Positions 39,882 through 52,109 of a DNA stretch of 64,000 nt are shown here, piece by piece. The notes beneath the pieces were generated by a model that saw nothing but the letters and a program-made list of their open reading frames with translations, did no database searches and was not told where the DNA came from. The translations under genes were made by a program, and so were the position numbers. Source of the DNA: Haliotis rufescens (lineage: Eukaryota); assembly GCF_023055435.1 (NCBI RefSeq), contig NW_025963890.1, positions 10,912,001-10,976,000 of the forward strand. The letters run 5' to 3'. Numbering within the stretch: position 1 is the stretch's first letter; the number at the start of each line of letters is the position of its first letter.

Positions 39882-41184
39882 TCTGCTTCTGATTTCAGTA
39901 TTCTCTGACTGTTGACATTCAGACTCCACACTGTGCAATAGTCAAGTGATAGCTCAGGTCTTTCCACGCGTTGGTAATTTGTGGAGCAGTTTCTATGTCC
40001 TATGATTCCGACAATGTCTACGCTGGTTGTCCTTGAGAAGTGACATCCTTTTAAAAAGGTCCAAGGTTGTAATAGGCAGTCTATTTAGCATGTTCTTGCT
40101 TCATGGGAGCCGCATGATGAAACCCGTTCATTCAACTTCTTGTCTGAATGGGCAGTAAGTTTCTTCAGTCGTTCGGGTACGAAATACAATGTGGTAAAAA
40201 CAATCTTTAGATCGGTGTCCCAGCCACTCTTCAAATTCTTTTCAGGCGGGCATGTAGAGAGTACACGGTTGCACAATAGCCTGTTATCCAGCAGGACTCT
40301 AGATCACGACTTCTGTGCTAAGACCTGGTCATGTCCGCACAGACTGAGAAGACGTTCAACATATACAGGAGTGTACGCTCCACAATAGCATCGGGAACAG
40401 AGTCTGTATCGATGGTACGAGGCTTTCAGTACAACATAGTGCGGCCCACAACCGGTTTTGTATTATTCACAATAGCGACAGCTTCGAAAAACTTTAGCGA
40501 TCTTATAAACCTAAATGTGTTGTCAACCGTCGGATATAACTTCCTTGTCTGCTTTACAAGCCAAAAAATATAATCTGCAACCAATCGTCTGAGAACATAA
40601 CTCCATCGTCTTCCTGTTGTCTACTTGTACCTACCCATCCGTATCTATATCATAAACATGTGTTATGAGTCAATACATATATTTTGGGAACTTGAAGATC
40701 ACGTTGACCTACATGGGCCATATGGGGTTAATGCCGAGATTTCTATTGGCTATAAAAGGGTTTTATTTATTTATAAATGGGCTCAAAAGGGAAAATAGGC
40801 ACGAGGGTTGTGTTTACATCAGTTTTGAATAAAAATACTTATTATATGAATTTATGCATGTGTTATGAAGGTCACCAGGATCCGCTGATGGTGGACTCGA
40901 ATCATATATTGGCCCCGATTATAATCCTCGGGCTCATTGCTTTCCTCAACGTATATAACAAGAGTAACCTTTGGCCTTTTGAAAGACAGGCGTTCTACAA
41001 TANNNNNNNNNNNNNNNNNNNNNNNNNNNNNNNNNNNNNNNNNNNNNNNNNNNNNNNNNNNNNNNNNNNNNNNNNNNNNNNNNNNNNNNNNNNNNNNNNN
41101 NNNNNNNNNNNNNNNNNNNNNNNNNNNNNNNNNNNNTCTGGTTTACAGCATTCAAGGTATTAGTAAAGCTTTCAAAACGTTCCA

Positions 41185-41346
41185 TGAGTGAGTATGGTTT
41201 TACCCCGCTTTTAGCAATAGTCCAGCAATATCACGGCGGGCGACGAGAGAAATGGGCTTCACACATTGTACCCATGTCGGGAATCGAACCCGGGTCTTCG
41301 GAGTGACGAATGAACGCTTTAACCACTAGGCTATCAGACAGCCCCC
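41185..41346 (-). mobile_element. SINE family 2
   Basis: Consensus match; further partial copies near 28942, 34090, 41695 and 57058. Confidence 0.8.
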
Positions 41347-42694
41347 TAAAACGTTTTATGGTAGACAAATGGAGGATATTTCCAAATTTGGCGCATCAGT
41401 GACTAAAATGATGTGTTCCCGTGTTTGTTGAAGAGAACAATTGACTTGCATTTGCATGTGTTTGTGACATGTGCAAACGGTGGGGTACCATCACTATTTG
41501 ACAACGATGCATAAACATTCACCTCTAATGCTTTTGTAACTTCTTGTCATGATTCTGAAACATTTCACTGTTGCAAAACTACACTACGCAAACTTGTGTA
41601 TAATATAATTTGCACATCTAAAACTCGACATGTTTTCTATTAATTGTGGACATTGGGTTAAAGGGATTTTACTGCCTTGAACCTCGACTGACTGACTGAG
41701 TGTGGTTTTACGCCGCTTTCCAATATTCCAGCAATATCACGGCGGGGGACACCAGGGCTTCACATCCTTGAACCTAGACATGTATGTATTCGGCATTGAC
41801 CTTAAAATACAACACTGTTTATGTTAATCTTTACCCAGTAAGACCTCAGTTTGCTTTCTGGTGCTGAATACGTCCATTGGTATTTCGCAAGACCCCTTAC
41901 AAATTGGGAGCATGTGTTTGTGTAGTGTGATCTGTATGGTTCCCCTGTGGTTTGATCTTTGTTTGAGCTATTTACCACTCGCTTGTTTGGTTAATAATAA
42001 AAATAATAATGATCACGATGATGATTATGCCAAATCTATAAACATCCACGTACTATCGCAACACAACAGCCCCGCTCGCCACTTTTGAGCAAGCCGACCT
42101 CCATTTCACTTCACCTGGGTTAAAACGAATACATGAAATGTAATGAGGTTTTTCCTACAGACTCGGGTAGATGGGTTTCCCCATACTATAACGTACATAA
42201 AGACATCGTGACTTGTGCACAATGCCCTGTGAATAGTGCTCGGAGATGATGTGACCTACATGTAGGTATGTGTCAGCTCCAGTTACACAATGCGCGATCC
42301 TCGTTCCTTTGAAAGGGGCGTTATATCCATATTGCCTCACGTCGTTGCACTATTGTTAGTGCTCGTGAAAACCTGTTTGCTTTCCTGCTTTAAGTGAATA
42401 TAGACGCTACCGCTGAAAAAAAGTTGTTAGTTTTAGATTGCACACATGCCAGTCGTACTGGCTCCAAATAGTAGAAGCCATGTTCTATTCTTCAGATGAG
42501 TATTCAGACGTGTGGCCCAAGGGACATTTTGTCATTTCGGGAGACGGTACACACAGACTTAGACGTAGCACTCAGACATATCATATCCTCACGACTGTCA
42601 GATAATGTGATTCAGTGAAAAAATATTGAGTACTAGGGGCTGGGTCCCGGAATACCCGGGTGGATCCAAGTATGGGCCGGGGTACTGGAGGGGG

Positions 42695-43040
42695 GGTGTC
42701 TGTCACGGAATACCCACGGGGTGGTGGGTATGGGTACTGGGGCTTGTCTGTCACGGAATACCCACGGGGTGGTAGGTATGGGTACTGGGGTCTGTCTCGG
42801 AATACCCACGGGGTGGTAGGTATGGGTACAGGGGTCTGTCACGGAATACCCACGGGGTGGTAGGTATGGGTACCGGGGTCTGTCCCGGAATACCCACGGG
42901 GTGGTAGGTATGGGTACTTGGGTCTGTCCCGGAATACCCACGGGGTGGTAGGTATGGGTACAGGGGTCTGTCACGGAATACCCACGGGGTGGTACGTATT
43001 GGTACTGTCAATTGTCTGTCCCGGAATACCCACGGGGCGA
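42695..43040. repeat. 44-bp minisatellite, about 8 copies
   Basis: Unit ctgtcacggaatacccacggggtggtaggtatgggtacaggggt. Confidence 0.9.
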
Positions 43041-44179
43041 TTGGTATAGGGTTTTAGGGACCCAGTATATCTTGTATTAAGTGGTGTGGACTCGCAGAAG
43101 AAACCTGTATGACATACTGGGGGCCTAGTATGTCTTGAAATGCCCAAGAGGAAACAGGTCACGCACAGGTTTCTTGTCTGAACACACACAGATGACAGTT
43201 ATCCGATACTGGTGGTGGTGGGAAGGAGGCGGGAGGTGTTGGAAGTGGTGATGGGGTATTGGATACTGGGGTACGAGACCAAGCCGGAATACCCCGAGGA
43301 TACAAATATTGGGTCTGGGTTTTTAATCTCGGACTACAGGGGGCTCAGCATGTTGCAGTAGTCCCCAGACTCACCCCGTACTCGCGAGGGATGAGACAGA
43401 CAGATGCATTGTTTGGTAGACAGTACAAGGGGCATAACTCGTGTTCAACTGTAGACAGATGAAGCGTCAACGCTGCAATGTGTTGTTATCACCTGTTCCC
43501 GGTGAACACGTTATTCCTGTGTTCACAGTTCCACACATTAATTTGTTTGTTGTTAAACGCCTCAACAACTGTTCCATGTGACGGCGGCCTGTAGACAATC
43601 GAGTCTGGACCAGTCAGTCAAGTGATTGATGTCAGAACACAATCTCAACACTCAGTCCAAGTGTCATTACTGTGTTGTCCACTGAACAAGTACCTGTAGC
43701 AATGGGATCTGTCCTGTCCGAACAATAACGTTAATTATCACAAGCTCTGGTAGAAGACTATCAGTGTTATCAAGCGTCTATAGTTCTACACTACAACAAA
43801 AGCCTGGCGTAAGAGTACTCTTCAGAGTCGCTACCTCTTTAACCTCATCAGTGAACCGAACACCTTGATGACCCGAGTTGCGACATACAGGCACTATACC
43901 GATACATTAGTCATACATGTGTAATGTTGACTGGGCGGTTGTGCTGACATTGTGCTCCAGCTCGTCACATAGTTGCCAACGGATGAATAATCTGTCAAAT
44001 CATTCTACCTGTTTATTTGATCTACCCAAAACCAATAAGTTTACCATCGAAAATATATCAAAAGTGGGCCCCCTCAATCAGGATGGTACCGTTCCCGCGG
44101 AAATCCCCAGATTAACAAATATCAGGATTGACGAATTATTGTTTATTCGTAATGTCCTTAATACGCTCATAACAGAATA

Positions 44180-44520
44180 GACCGCCTCCGAGGTCTAGAG
44201 GATAGAGCGTCTGTCAGGAGGGTGAGGTCGGTGGTTCGATCCCCTGCCGCGTCATACCAGGCATTAAAAGGTGGTACTAGTTGTTACCCTGCCTGGCGCT
44301 CGGTATTAAGGGGATAAAACAAGGACTGGTCGGTTCGGAGTCAGTATACTGTGTGGAATAGACATATGCATTATAAACTTTGGCGTGGTATCTAAGTAGA
44401 CTAGAAGTATAATTATATATAATCGGCATTAGTCCGGACCAGTTCAAACATACACACGGACAAGCACACATACGAATATGCACGTGGCTATACAAGTGTA
44501 ATAATCTTGAACCCGACGCG
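44180..44520 (+). mobile_element. SINE family 3, diverged
   Basis: gaccgcctccgaggtctag head and ccctgcctggcgctcggtattaagggg core. Confidence 0.8.
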
Positions 44521-45188
44521 ACCTTTCAACAAATGACTCCTGTCACTAACATCAGCTTCGTACACTGTTTGATTCAAATCCAGATTTCATCGTGATGAGC
44601 AAACCGACTAGCCACAAGACTACCCTCAGAAACAATGAATCCTCAATCGTGAATCCTCTAAACAATTTGTAAAACACGCCATACGGAGCTTTATTTACTT
44701 AATACATTCGTCAATAATCATCATGCTGAGACATTTGTAGTATTTGTTGACACTTTCGACAACGGACATGTAATGTGAAACATTAGTGTCCTCTATATTA
44801 TTTCTACACATGACATAATATTGCACAGTGCTCTATTGGAACGTTATTTTCTTGCTGTCAACCAAAAACTTATCACTGGTAGTATTGTAAACAAAACAAT
44901 ATTTTAGTATAATTAGGTATAGATGGTTTTGTTAAGTGTAAATAAAGATATATTGTATATGATTTTACAATATAACAAATATAAAAAAATATAAAAAAAT
45001 GAGTCAATTAGTCAAATCTCGTTATACCGAACTGTTCCATATCTCGAAGTTTATCAAGGTACAAGCGTCACTGTACATCTCTTGTCTCGAAAAAAAGGTG
45101 GCAAGAGATTATAGTATGTCTTTTAAAGGGGTTCCACTGAATATGAAAACATCATCATGGCAATCACAGTGCATCACAGATCTGACAG

Positions 45189-47260
45189 TCACCACAGTAT
45201 ATCTGACTCACCAGCCGAAAATCTACTTTTACGCTCCCCTTCAGGATCATCACCAGACCCAACAATTTTCATACTCGGTAAAGAAATCCTCTTGGCGATG
45301 CCCTCGTGAGTACTGGGTGGGCCCGCTTGCGCCTTATGAATGTCTCTCTCCAGCTTAACCCGTCCCTTTCTGTCTAACACTGGCTTCATGTATCCGCTGT
45401 CATCTTCACTGGAACTAGAGTCAGCCATGAAGGATTCCAGAACTCCACCAGCTCCATCTGAACTGGAACCTGAAGCAGAACCTGAGGAGAGGCTGCTCCC
45501 AGAGTCAAATGTATCATCCGGGGGATCAAAGTCAGGGATGTACATTGAGTCGAATCCATCACTGAAGTCATGCAGTTCATCAATAGTTGTGCTCTTCTTT
45601 TCTTTGACGTTTATTGTTGTAACATGGGGCTTGGTAAATGAATGTACATCTAAAATGTCTGAAAAAGATACCTTTTTCTTTTTGAGCATCTTAGGGTCTT
45701 CTATAGGAGTGGCTGGTTGGCTGTTCTCAACAATTTCAGGGTCTCCTCCAACAATGTTTATGGTAGAGTAGTATGAGGCTGGTTTTCTTGCTTGTTTCTT
45801 GTCAACCTTAGATTCTGCAACGTGGATTTCTTCAGGTTTCAAATAATTTGTTTGAATGGTTGCTGGCACTCCACCAGTGACAACCTGCCCACCGATACCT
45901 TGATCTTGAAAGACGTGTGTGTCGCTCATGCTGCTGGTGGAAGAGCTGTCGTCATCTTTCCCGGATGTTGCTGTCCACACCTCTTCATATGCGTTTGGGC
46001 GAGGGGGTCTGGGTTTCTTTGTTTCGGCTTTGTGTGAATTAACTGTAGGCACTGGTGGTTCTATCTTCACATCTACACTAGACAGTTTGGGGACTTCTGA
46101 AGGAAGGCTGGTCGCTGTATCGTTCCTTTTGACACCATTTTGTTGTGGAAGAGATCCAACATTTGCCTTAGTCATATTAGGACGATCACTATTAACTGAC
46201 CCTTTGCGAGATCCATTAATGGCTTTTGCCACACCTACTTTAGATTCTTGTGGTGTTGCCGGCTCTGGCATTCTTGGACGATTGTCAATTGAGGACCTTC
46301 TGGAATTGGCATTAATTTTAAGTTGTGGTTGAGGAGAGACTTTTGACATTGGAGCTGATTGTACTTTTTCCTGCGACTTGCCATCAGTGGATTCTTGAAC
46401 TCGTTTGCCATCACTGACTGTCAGTGCATTTCCTTGTTTCAGCTCTGCCTGTTTCACTGGTGCAGTAGGACCTGACATAATTTCAACAGCTTGCGGAGAG
46501 GGAGTTCGGTCTGTCATAGTTGACGGTTTGGTATTATTTGGAACAGGAACAGAATTCACAGCCGGAGATACGAAGGAGATTCCAATCGCTGTTATTTTTT
46601 CTTCTATGGGACTCTCTGCCTGTCGGAACATCTTGATTCCTCTCATAAACATATCACCTTTGTCCTGGAACAGATTTAAAGCGCTGATGTATCCAGGGTT
46701 CTGGCACAGCTCCTTGCTCTGAACAGCAACACGAAATTTGTTAGGGATATCCACAGAAAGCTCATGCAAGGTATTGCTTGGTTTTAGCAGAGTTGAGGAA
46801 AGGATTGAGGTGTCTTCCTGCACATTCTCCAAAACCATGATTTTGGTGAATACTCCTTCCCCAGAAGGTTCTCTACCATACACAAGTTTCACAACACAGG
46901 GGAATTTTTGTTTCAATAGGATGTCCTTTATCTGCATGACTGGGGTGTTGTTGGGTCTGGTTTTATTCGTGCAGACGTAAAAGGTTCCTTCTGTATTCAC
47001 GGAAAGTAGAACTTCCCTGTCATTATCATCCACACAGTGTAAATACTTCTCAGCTCCGTCAAGGATTCCCATTTTCAGAACATCTCCCGGACAGAGGTGC
47101 CTGGAGGCTGTCACGGTATCGCCCACTTTCTGTACAGACTGCACGTTACGGGTACCACCGATGAGAAACGTGTGACAGTCGGATATCGCTAACTGGCCCA
47201 CTTGGCGGTAGTGGGGAATAGCTTTCAGCGTCAGCTCTGACCCGACGACAGCAAACCAGC
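45189..47260 (-). CDS. CABIT-domain gene copy E, coding exon 2 (spliced protein about 831 aa)
   Basis: Acceptor ttttgttcatcag|GC TGG (G-WFAV); YLHCVD-x4-EVLLSVNTEGTF; LCPGDVL; KFPCVVKLVYG; long Ser/Pro tail. A possible internal donor CTG|GTGAGT at 45211 makes the C-terminus uncertain. Confidence 0.85.
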
Positions 47261-48601
47261 CTGATGAACAAAAAAAACAGGACATAAAAACTTTGATATA
47301 TATCATATATTATCATCCAAAACTGGCTCCGACAGGAGATATCGCTTGGGTGAGATCAAGCAATATCTACACTGTAGATATCGCTGCAATGAAATTGCAT
47401 CACAATGCTTTGCAGACCATTGTGACGTCACTGGTTACCATGACATCACAATCAAATGACAACACTAATTGCTCTGCAACTGAAGCTGTTAGCAGTACTT
47501 TTTACACTTAAAACACTGCTTAATACTGTCTACAAACTGAAAAAGTTGGAAGAATGATGTTGGATGATAAATAAAATCTCACCCTCGTGTCTTTTGATTG
47601 AGAAAAGTGGAAAAAATCCTCGGCAAGTTTTCCCACTTTATCACCTCGTGTTGATATATTTGATATCAAAAGACACTCGGGTGAGATTCTCTATTTATAG
47701 CTAAAATGGATAGAATTATCATTAAACCGCCCGCATGTTATCAGATATCAGCGGGCCACTGTAACTTGATAATGCCCTCATATTGCTTGACGACGGGCCA
47801 TTATAAGCCGGTTGTTAGGTGACGTCATATGGTAGGGATAGGTGACGTCACGTGCAATAGTGACGTCATCTGGTTTGTTCTATGACGTTTCCATAATTGT
47901 AAAAGTTGGTCAGTGACATTGGTGTCGATTGCAGTAAATGTTTCAAAACCGATAAGGTTGTTTCTTTTTATTTGATAACAAATTCCATCCATTTTAGCTA
48001 TAATAACGTTAACGCTTTTTTTCAGGGCATTATTATTTGCACAAGCCCTCGGTTTTTCAACTGCCCTCCTTCGTCGGGCAGTCAAGGGAAGACCTCGAGC
48101 TTCTGCAAATGATAATGCCCTGAAAAATAGCGTTACCCTTATTATAACTTACTGACGGAAAACTTTTGGGTAGTTTGAATTGATTATTAAATGCAATGCA
48201 GCGTAAACAAACATCCCTCTATATCCCCAGAATATTTCTCGGTCGATGCCTTTCCCAGTTAAAGGGTTTGGGTTAACATATTTTCGGACAAACGAATGAT
48301 GTTACGGAATTAAGTCCTTATAGTTTATATCATATGAAGATGTTCCAAACAGTGTGGTCCAGAAAGCGGGGTTTCCATGCCGGGAGTCCAGTCTAACGAG
48401 GTTTGGAGAATTCCTGTTTCGAAGTTTTGACACCCACATTGTCTACTCAATTATATCTATGACACATTTTCTAGACAGCTACGCGTCTACCGTCTTACTG
48501 AGCATATTATATCATGATATGTGATAATATATTTCGAAATAGGCTCGGGCAGCAATTTACCAGAAATGCTTTCAGATTCAGGTTTAGCAATAGGTACCGA
48601 C

Positions 48602-49025
48602 CTTTGTAATCCTCGGGAATAAGCAGGCTGTTCTCCGTTTCCAGCAGAGTCTTCCCATCACGAGAGTCCACGGCCAAACTACTGGCAGCCACCTTCAACC
48701 CATCCTTCTTACTCTGCAGCATCAGCAGCTGCCCACAGTCGAACCCCATGGTCCCCCTTCCCAGGTCACAGAAACTGTGGTCGCACATCACCACCCGGGG
48801 CAGGTACAGGTTCCTGATGATGTAGTCCAGGTTGAACATCCCGGGCTCCCAGGTCAGGTTGGGCTTCGGGACTGGTGCTGGTGCTGGAGTAGGTGGCCTC
48901 GGGTTGCCGCCGTGCCATGTCTGGCGCTTAGCTGCGCCCTGGGGCTGCTTTGTTCCCGTCAGTCTCCCTAATGTCTTATTTCGCAAAGACCCTGGAGCTT
49001 TGGTTGGTAGTTTGATTTCCTCCAT
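48602..49025 (-). CDS. CABIT-domain gene copy E, coding exon 1
   Basis: ATG 49025; basic/Pro-rich extension, then LTWEPGMFNLDYIIRNLYLPRVVMC...LLIPEDYK-G, donor AAAG|GTCGGT. An acceptor-like atttccag| at 49058 suggests an upstream UTR exon. Confidence 0.85.
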
Positions 49026-49089
49026 TGTGTTTTACATCATTCGCTGCTGGTTACCTCCTGGAAATGTAAGTATCTATTTTACGGATGAT

Positions 49090-49335
49090 TGTGATATGTT
49101 TGTGTGTTTAAAGCCGAACTCAGCAATATTCCATCTTTATGGAAGCGGTCTGTGAATAATCGAGTCTGGACAAAACGACCAGTGACTGACATCATGAACA
49201 TCGATCTACGCAATTGGGATGCGATGACATGCATCAACCAAGTCAGTGAGCCTGACCACCCGATCCCGTTAGTCGCCTCTTACGAAGTCAGTCATTGGCT
49301 GCTGGGGGCAAATTCCAACCCGGATCTTACACTCG
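49090..49335 (-). mobile_element. SINE-like family 4 copy
   Basis: Homologous to 49790-50055 (gagcctgaccacccgatcccgttagtcgcc). Confidence 0.7.
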
Positions 49336-49789
49336 ATATGATTGAGTGATTATTGTTTTACGCCGTATCATCACGTGAAATGACAATGTAGATGTGTTTG
49401 AAGCAGTGTTTTAACATGGACTGACATGACACACACATGACACACACATGACACACACTACTGGACAGCCAGAAAACCAGGTTGGTGAAGGAACATACTG
49501 GGTGATAACAGTGTTCGCTCCTCACACTCAAGGCCTGGGTTCGATTTCCTCTTGGCCACAGTGCGCCATACCTGTTGTTACTGTAAACTGGTATTGCAGA
49601 TATGTTGCTGACGTTATAACATATCACCTCACACGCTTCGATATGTTATGCAGTGATGTATGGTTTTATCATTATAAACTGTATTATTAACATATAAATA
49701 TATAAAGTCAGCAAACTAAGTTTTACTCAAATATATCGTAGTGCGATCTTTAACATTTCCTCAATGCTTAGTTACTTTTCTTTTCAGGT

Positions 49790-50055
49790 TGTTGTTGGTT
49801 TGTTGTTTTACGCCGCACTCAGCAATATTCCAGCTATATGACGGCGGTCTGTAAATAATCAAGTCTGGACCAGACAATCCAGTGATTAATATCATGAGCA
49901 TCGATCCACGCAATTTGGATCGATGACATGCATCAACCAAGTCAGCGAGCCTGACCACCCGATCCCGTTAGTCGCCTTTTACGACAAGCATAGTCACCTT
50001 TTACTGCAAGCATAGGTTGCTGAAGACCTATTCTACCCCGGAATCTTCACGTGTC
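49790..50055 (-). mobile_element. SINE-like family 4 copy
   Basis: Shares a gctggaatattgct..gcggcgtaaaac 3' end with families 1 and 2; fragments also near 7800, 43545 and 54650. Confidence 0.7.
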
Positions 50056-50093
50056 TCTTTTCAGGAAATCAAATAACAGTGTATATAATTATA

Positions 50094-50270
50094 ACTTCTT
50101 TCAGTGGCATTTAGAAGTTGGTGTGATGAAGAAGGACAAGTTCTATGGATATATACCTATGTTGTTCAGCGCTATCCATCACTTGCTTGATAAAGGTGTT
50201 AGGATCTACACCGAAACGTCGCACTAATTGTAATAAAGAAGTTGTTCATCCATAGAACTTGTCTTTCTTC
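50094..50270 (+). mobile_element. Short Penelope-like terminal insertion with an inverted end and a hammerhead-like motif
   Basis: 12-bp flanking direct repeat tatataattata (50082-50093 and 50271-50282); inverted repeat gacaagttctatggat/atccatagaacttgtc; CTTGATAAAGG-stem-CCGAAACGTCG followed by AATAAA. Confidence 0.6.
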
Positions 50271-52109
50271 TATATAATTATAGGTTCGGAGGTACTGCTA
50301 CATGTGTCGCTCTAAAAGGTATAACTAATTAATAGTAAAGACTAAGAAACTATTTATTTGTTTTCGAGAAAAGAGTACACACAAGAATAATCTATTTCAT
50401 GTAATAATTAATAAATCAGCATTCCTTCAGTAATCGAATGCATGTAATTGGATGACAAAACGCTTTCAGTCAATAATGTTCACGCGACAGGAAAACGAGA
50501 TAAGACCAACTTTAAGGTAAGGTTCGAGTTTTGTTTTGAATTTACCCAACCGTGACGCTTTCATATTACAGAAATCGCTTCAAACTGTGCAGATCTTCAG
50601 TGCACAGTTAAATTTGTCAAAGCAGTCGCAACACTCTACACAGTAATCTATCAAACGGCCATGAAGTTAAGATACAGAAGCCGATTCCGTACGCGTTGAT
50701 GTATGACAGCCTGCCATGTCTATCAACTGATGCCTAGGACACATGACATTGTCGGTAACATTCCTCATTCACGCCTTCAAACACCCGCTGTACATTTCAT
50801 TGTCTTACCTCGGCACACCACAGTCCCATCTGAGCGACAACAGCACTTGTCAATCACCAACAAAGGGAGGTAATCAGACATTGTCTTGACATTGCCTTGT
50901 GTGAGATGAGCCACGGATCTTCTTCGTGGATACAGAGATGAAACTGTCTCCCTCGTGACCTGGGTGTTTGACGGAATAATAATGCCCCTTGCACACCTCT
51001 GCTCCCTGTCACGCTCTGGTTAGCGGCTGTTTATCATGTACAGATTTTCAACCAACCCGAGCATGCTCAATGAGATGGTGACGAAAAGAAAATATTCCTT
51101 TCAGCACATGTATTTTGAGCAGCCATTAAGATGGCCGTGCTGTTTCTTCTTGTGACATAAATATTGGCGTCATTTTAAATCAAATCCAAATGGTGTAGCG
51201 GACGATGAGCACGCTGCCATTGAAATGGGCGTCGAAACGTGATGTTGAGAAGATGGGCATGGGGTTTCGTTCACTCGTTTATGTTGCTAGACAATAACAC
51301 GTGAAAAACGCAAACTGAATATCCCTATGGTGTAATGTAAATAATTTTTTTAAAATTGTCCTTTTTCAAATATTTATACAGCTTTCATCAGCACGACTCA
51401 ACGATGTTGGGACTGGTTACAAGGAAATTGTTCAACATTAATTGTTGAAAAATTTCATGTGGTATTACTGATACTTTAATTTGTTTAACTAACGGCGCGC
51501 ACGGAAACGTCATTTGTGCCGATTGTGACGACCTCTGTTGACACTGCAAGTGGTAGGACATAAGGCTGTGTGAGTTGCATGGAACGATGTACTTGGTTAA
51601 CCTTAATGGAGGAGACTGTTTCTGCCGCCATTGTTCAACAATGAATTTAAGTCATCAATGAGCCTTATTTAACAGATCTAAAGCTGACTAGATGCTGTAT
51701 ATATTCTACGGGAGTCCACGTAAGGAAAATATTAGCTGTAAGCGACTGTGTGTGACTGCTGGTTTTTTCTCAGACCTCAACACTATTGGTGCTGTGTCAC
51801 AGCGGCCTCCATGGCTGGTGGCATGAGGAACGATCAACGTCGTTGAGAACAATCACACAAACTGTAACCACCTTGTCGTTATTTTAGTTGGCTTTGATCC
51901 ATCGAATGGATCGACGAACCTGTTCTTCGCTTGAACACCCCCGAGGAGAGCAGAATGGCGTGCTATTCTATCACCATTGCGGAGATACAAGTATACAGGG
52001 AGCTCTTCATATCTTTGAACCATATCAGTGACATACACTTGGTGGGGATTTGTTTATTCCCTGAAGCCCACGGTGACACAAACATGACAATCATCACAAG
52101 GATATGTAC

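Noticed and set aside
40085-40573. Possible SAM-encoding third exon of gene E
   Set aside because: Minus-strand frames have stops and no SAM-like pattern; more likely the upstream/UTR region of gene D.
45340-46980. Plus-strand ORFs overlapping genes E, C, B and D
   Set aside because: Antisense shadows of the real minus-strand exons with no independent motifs.
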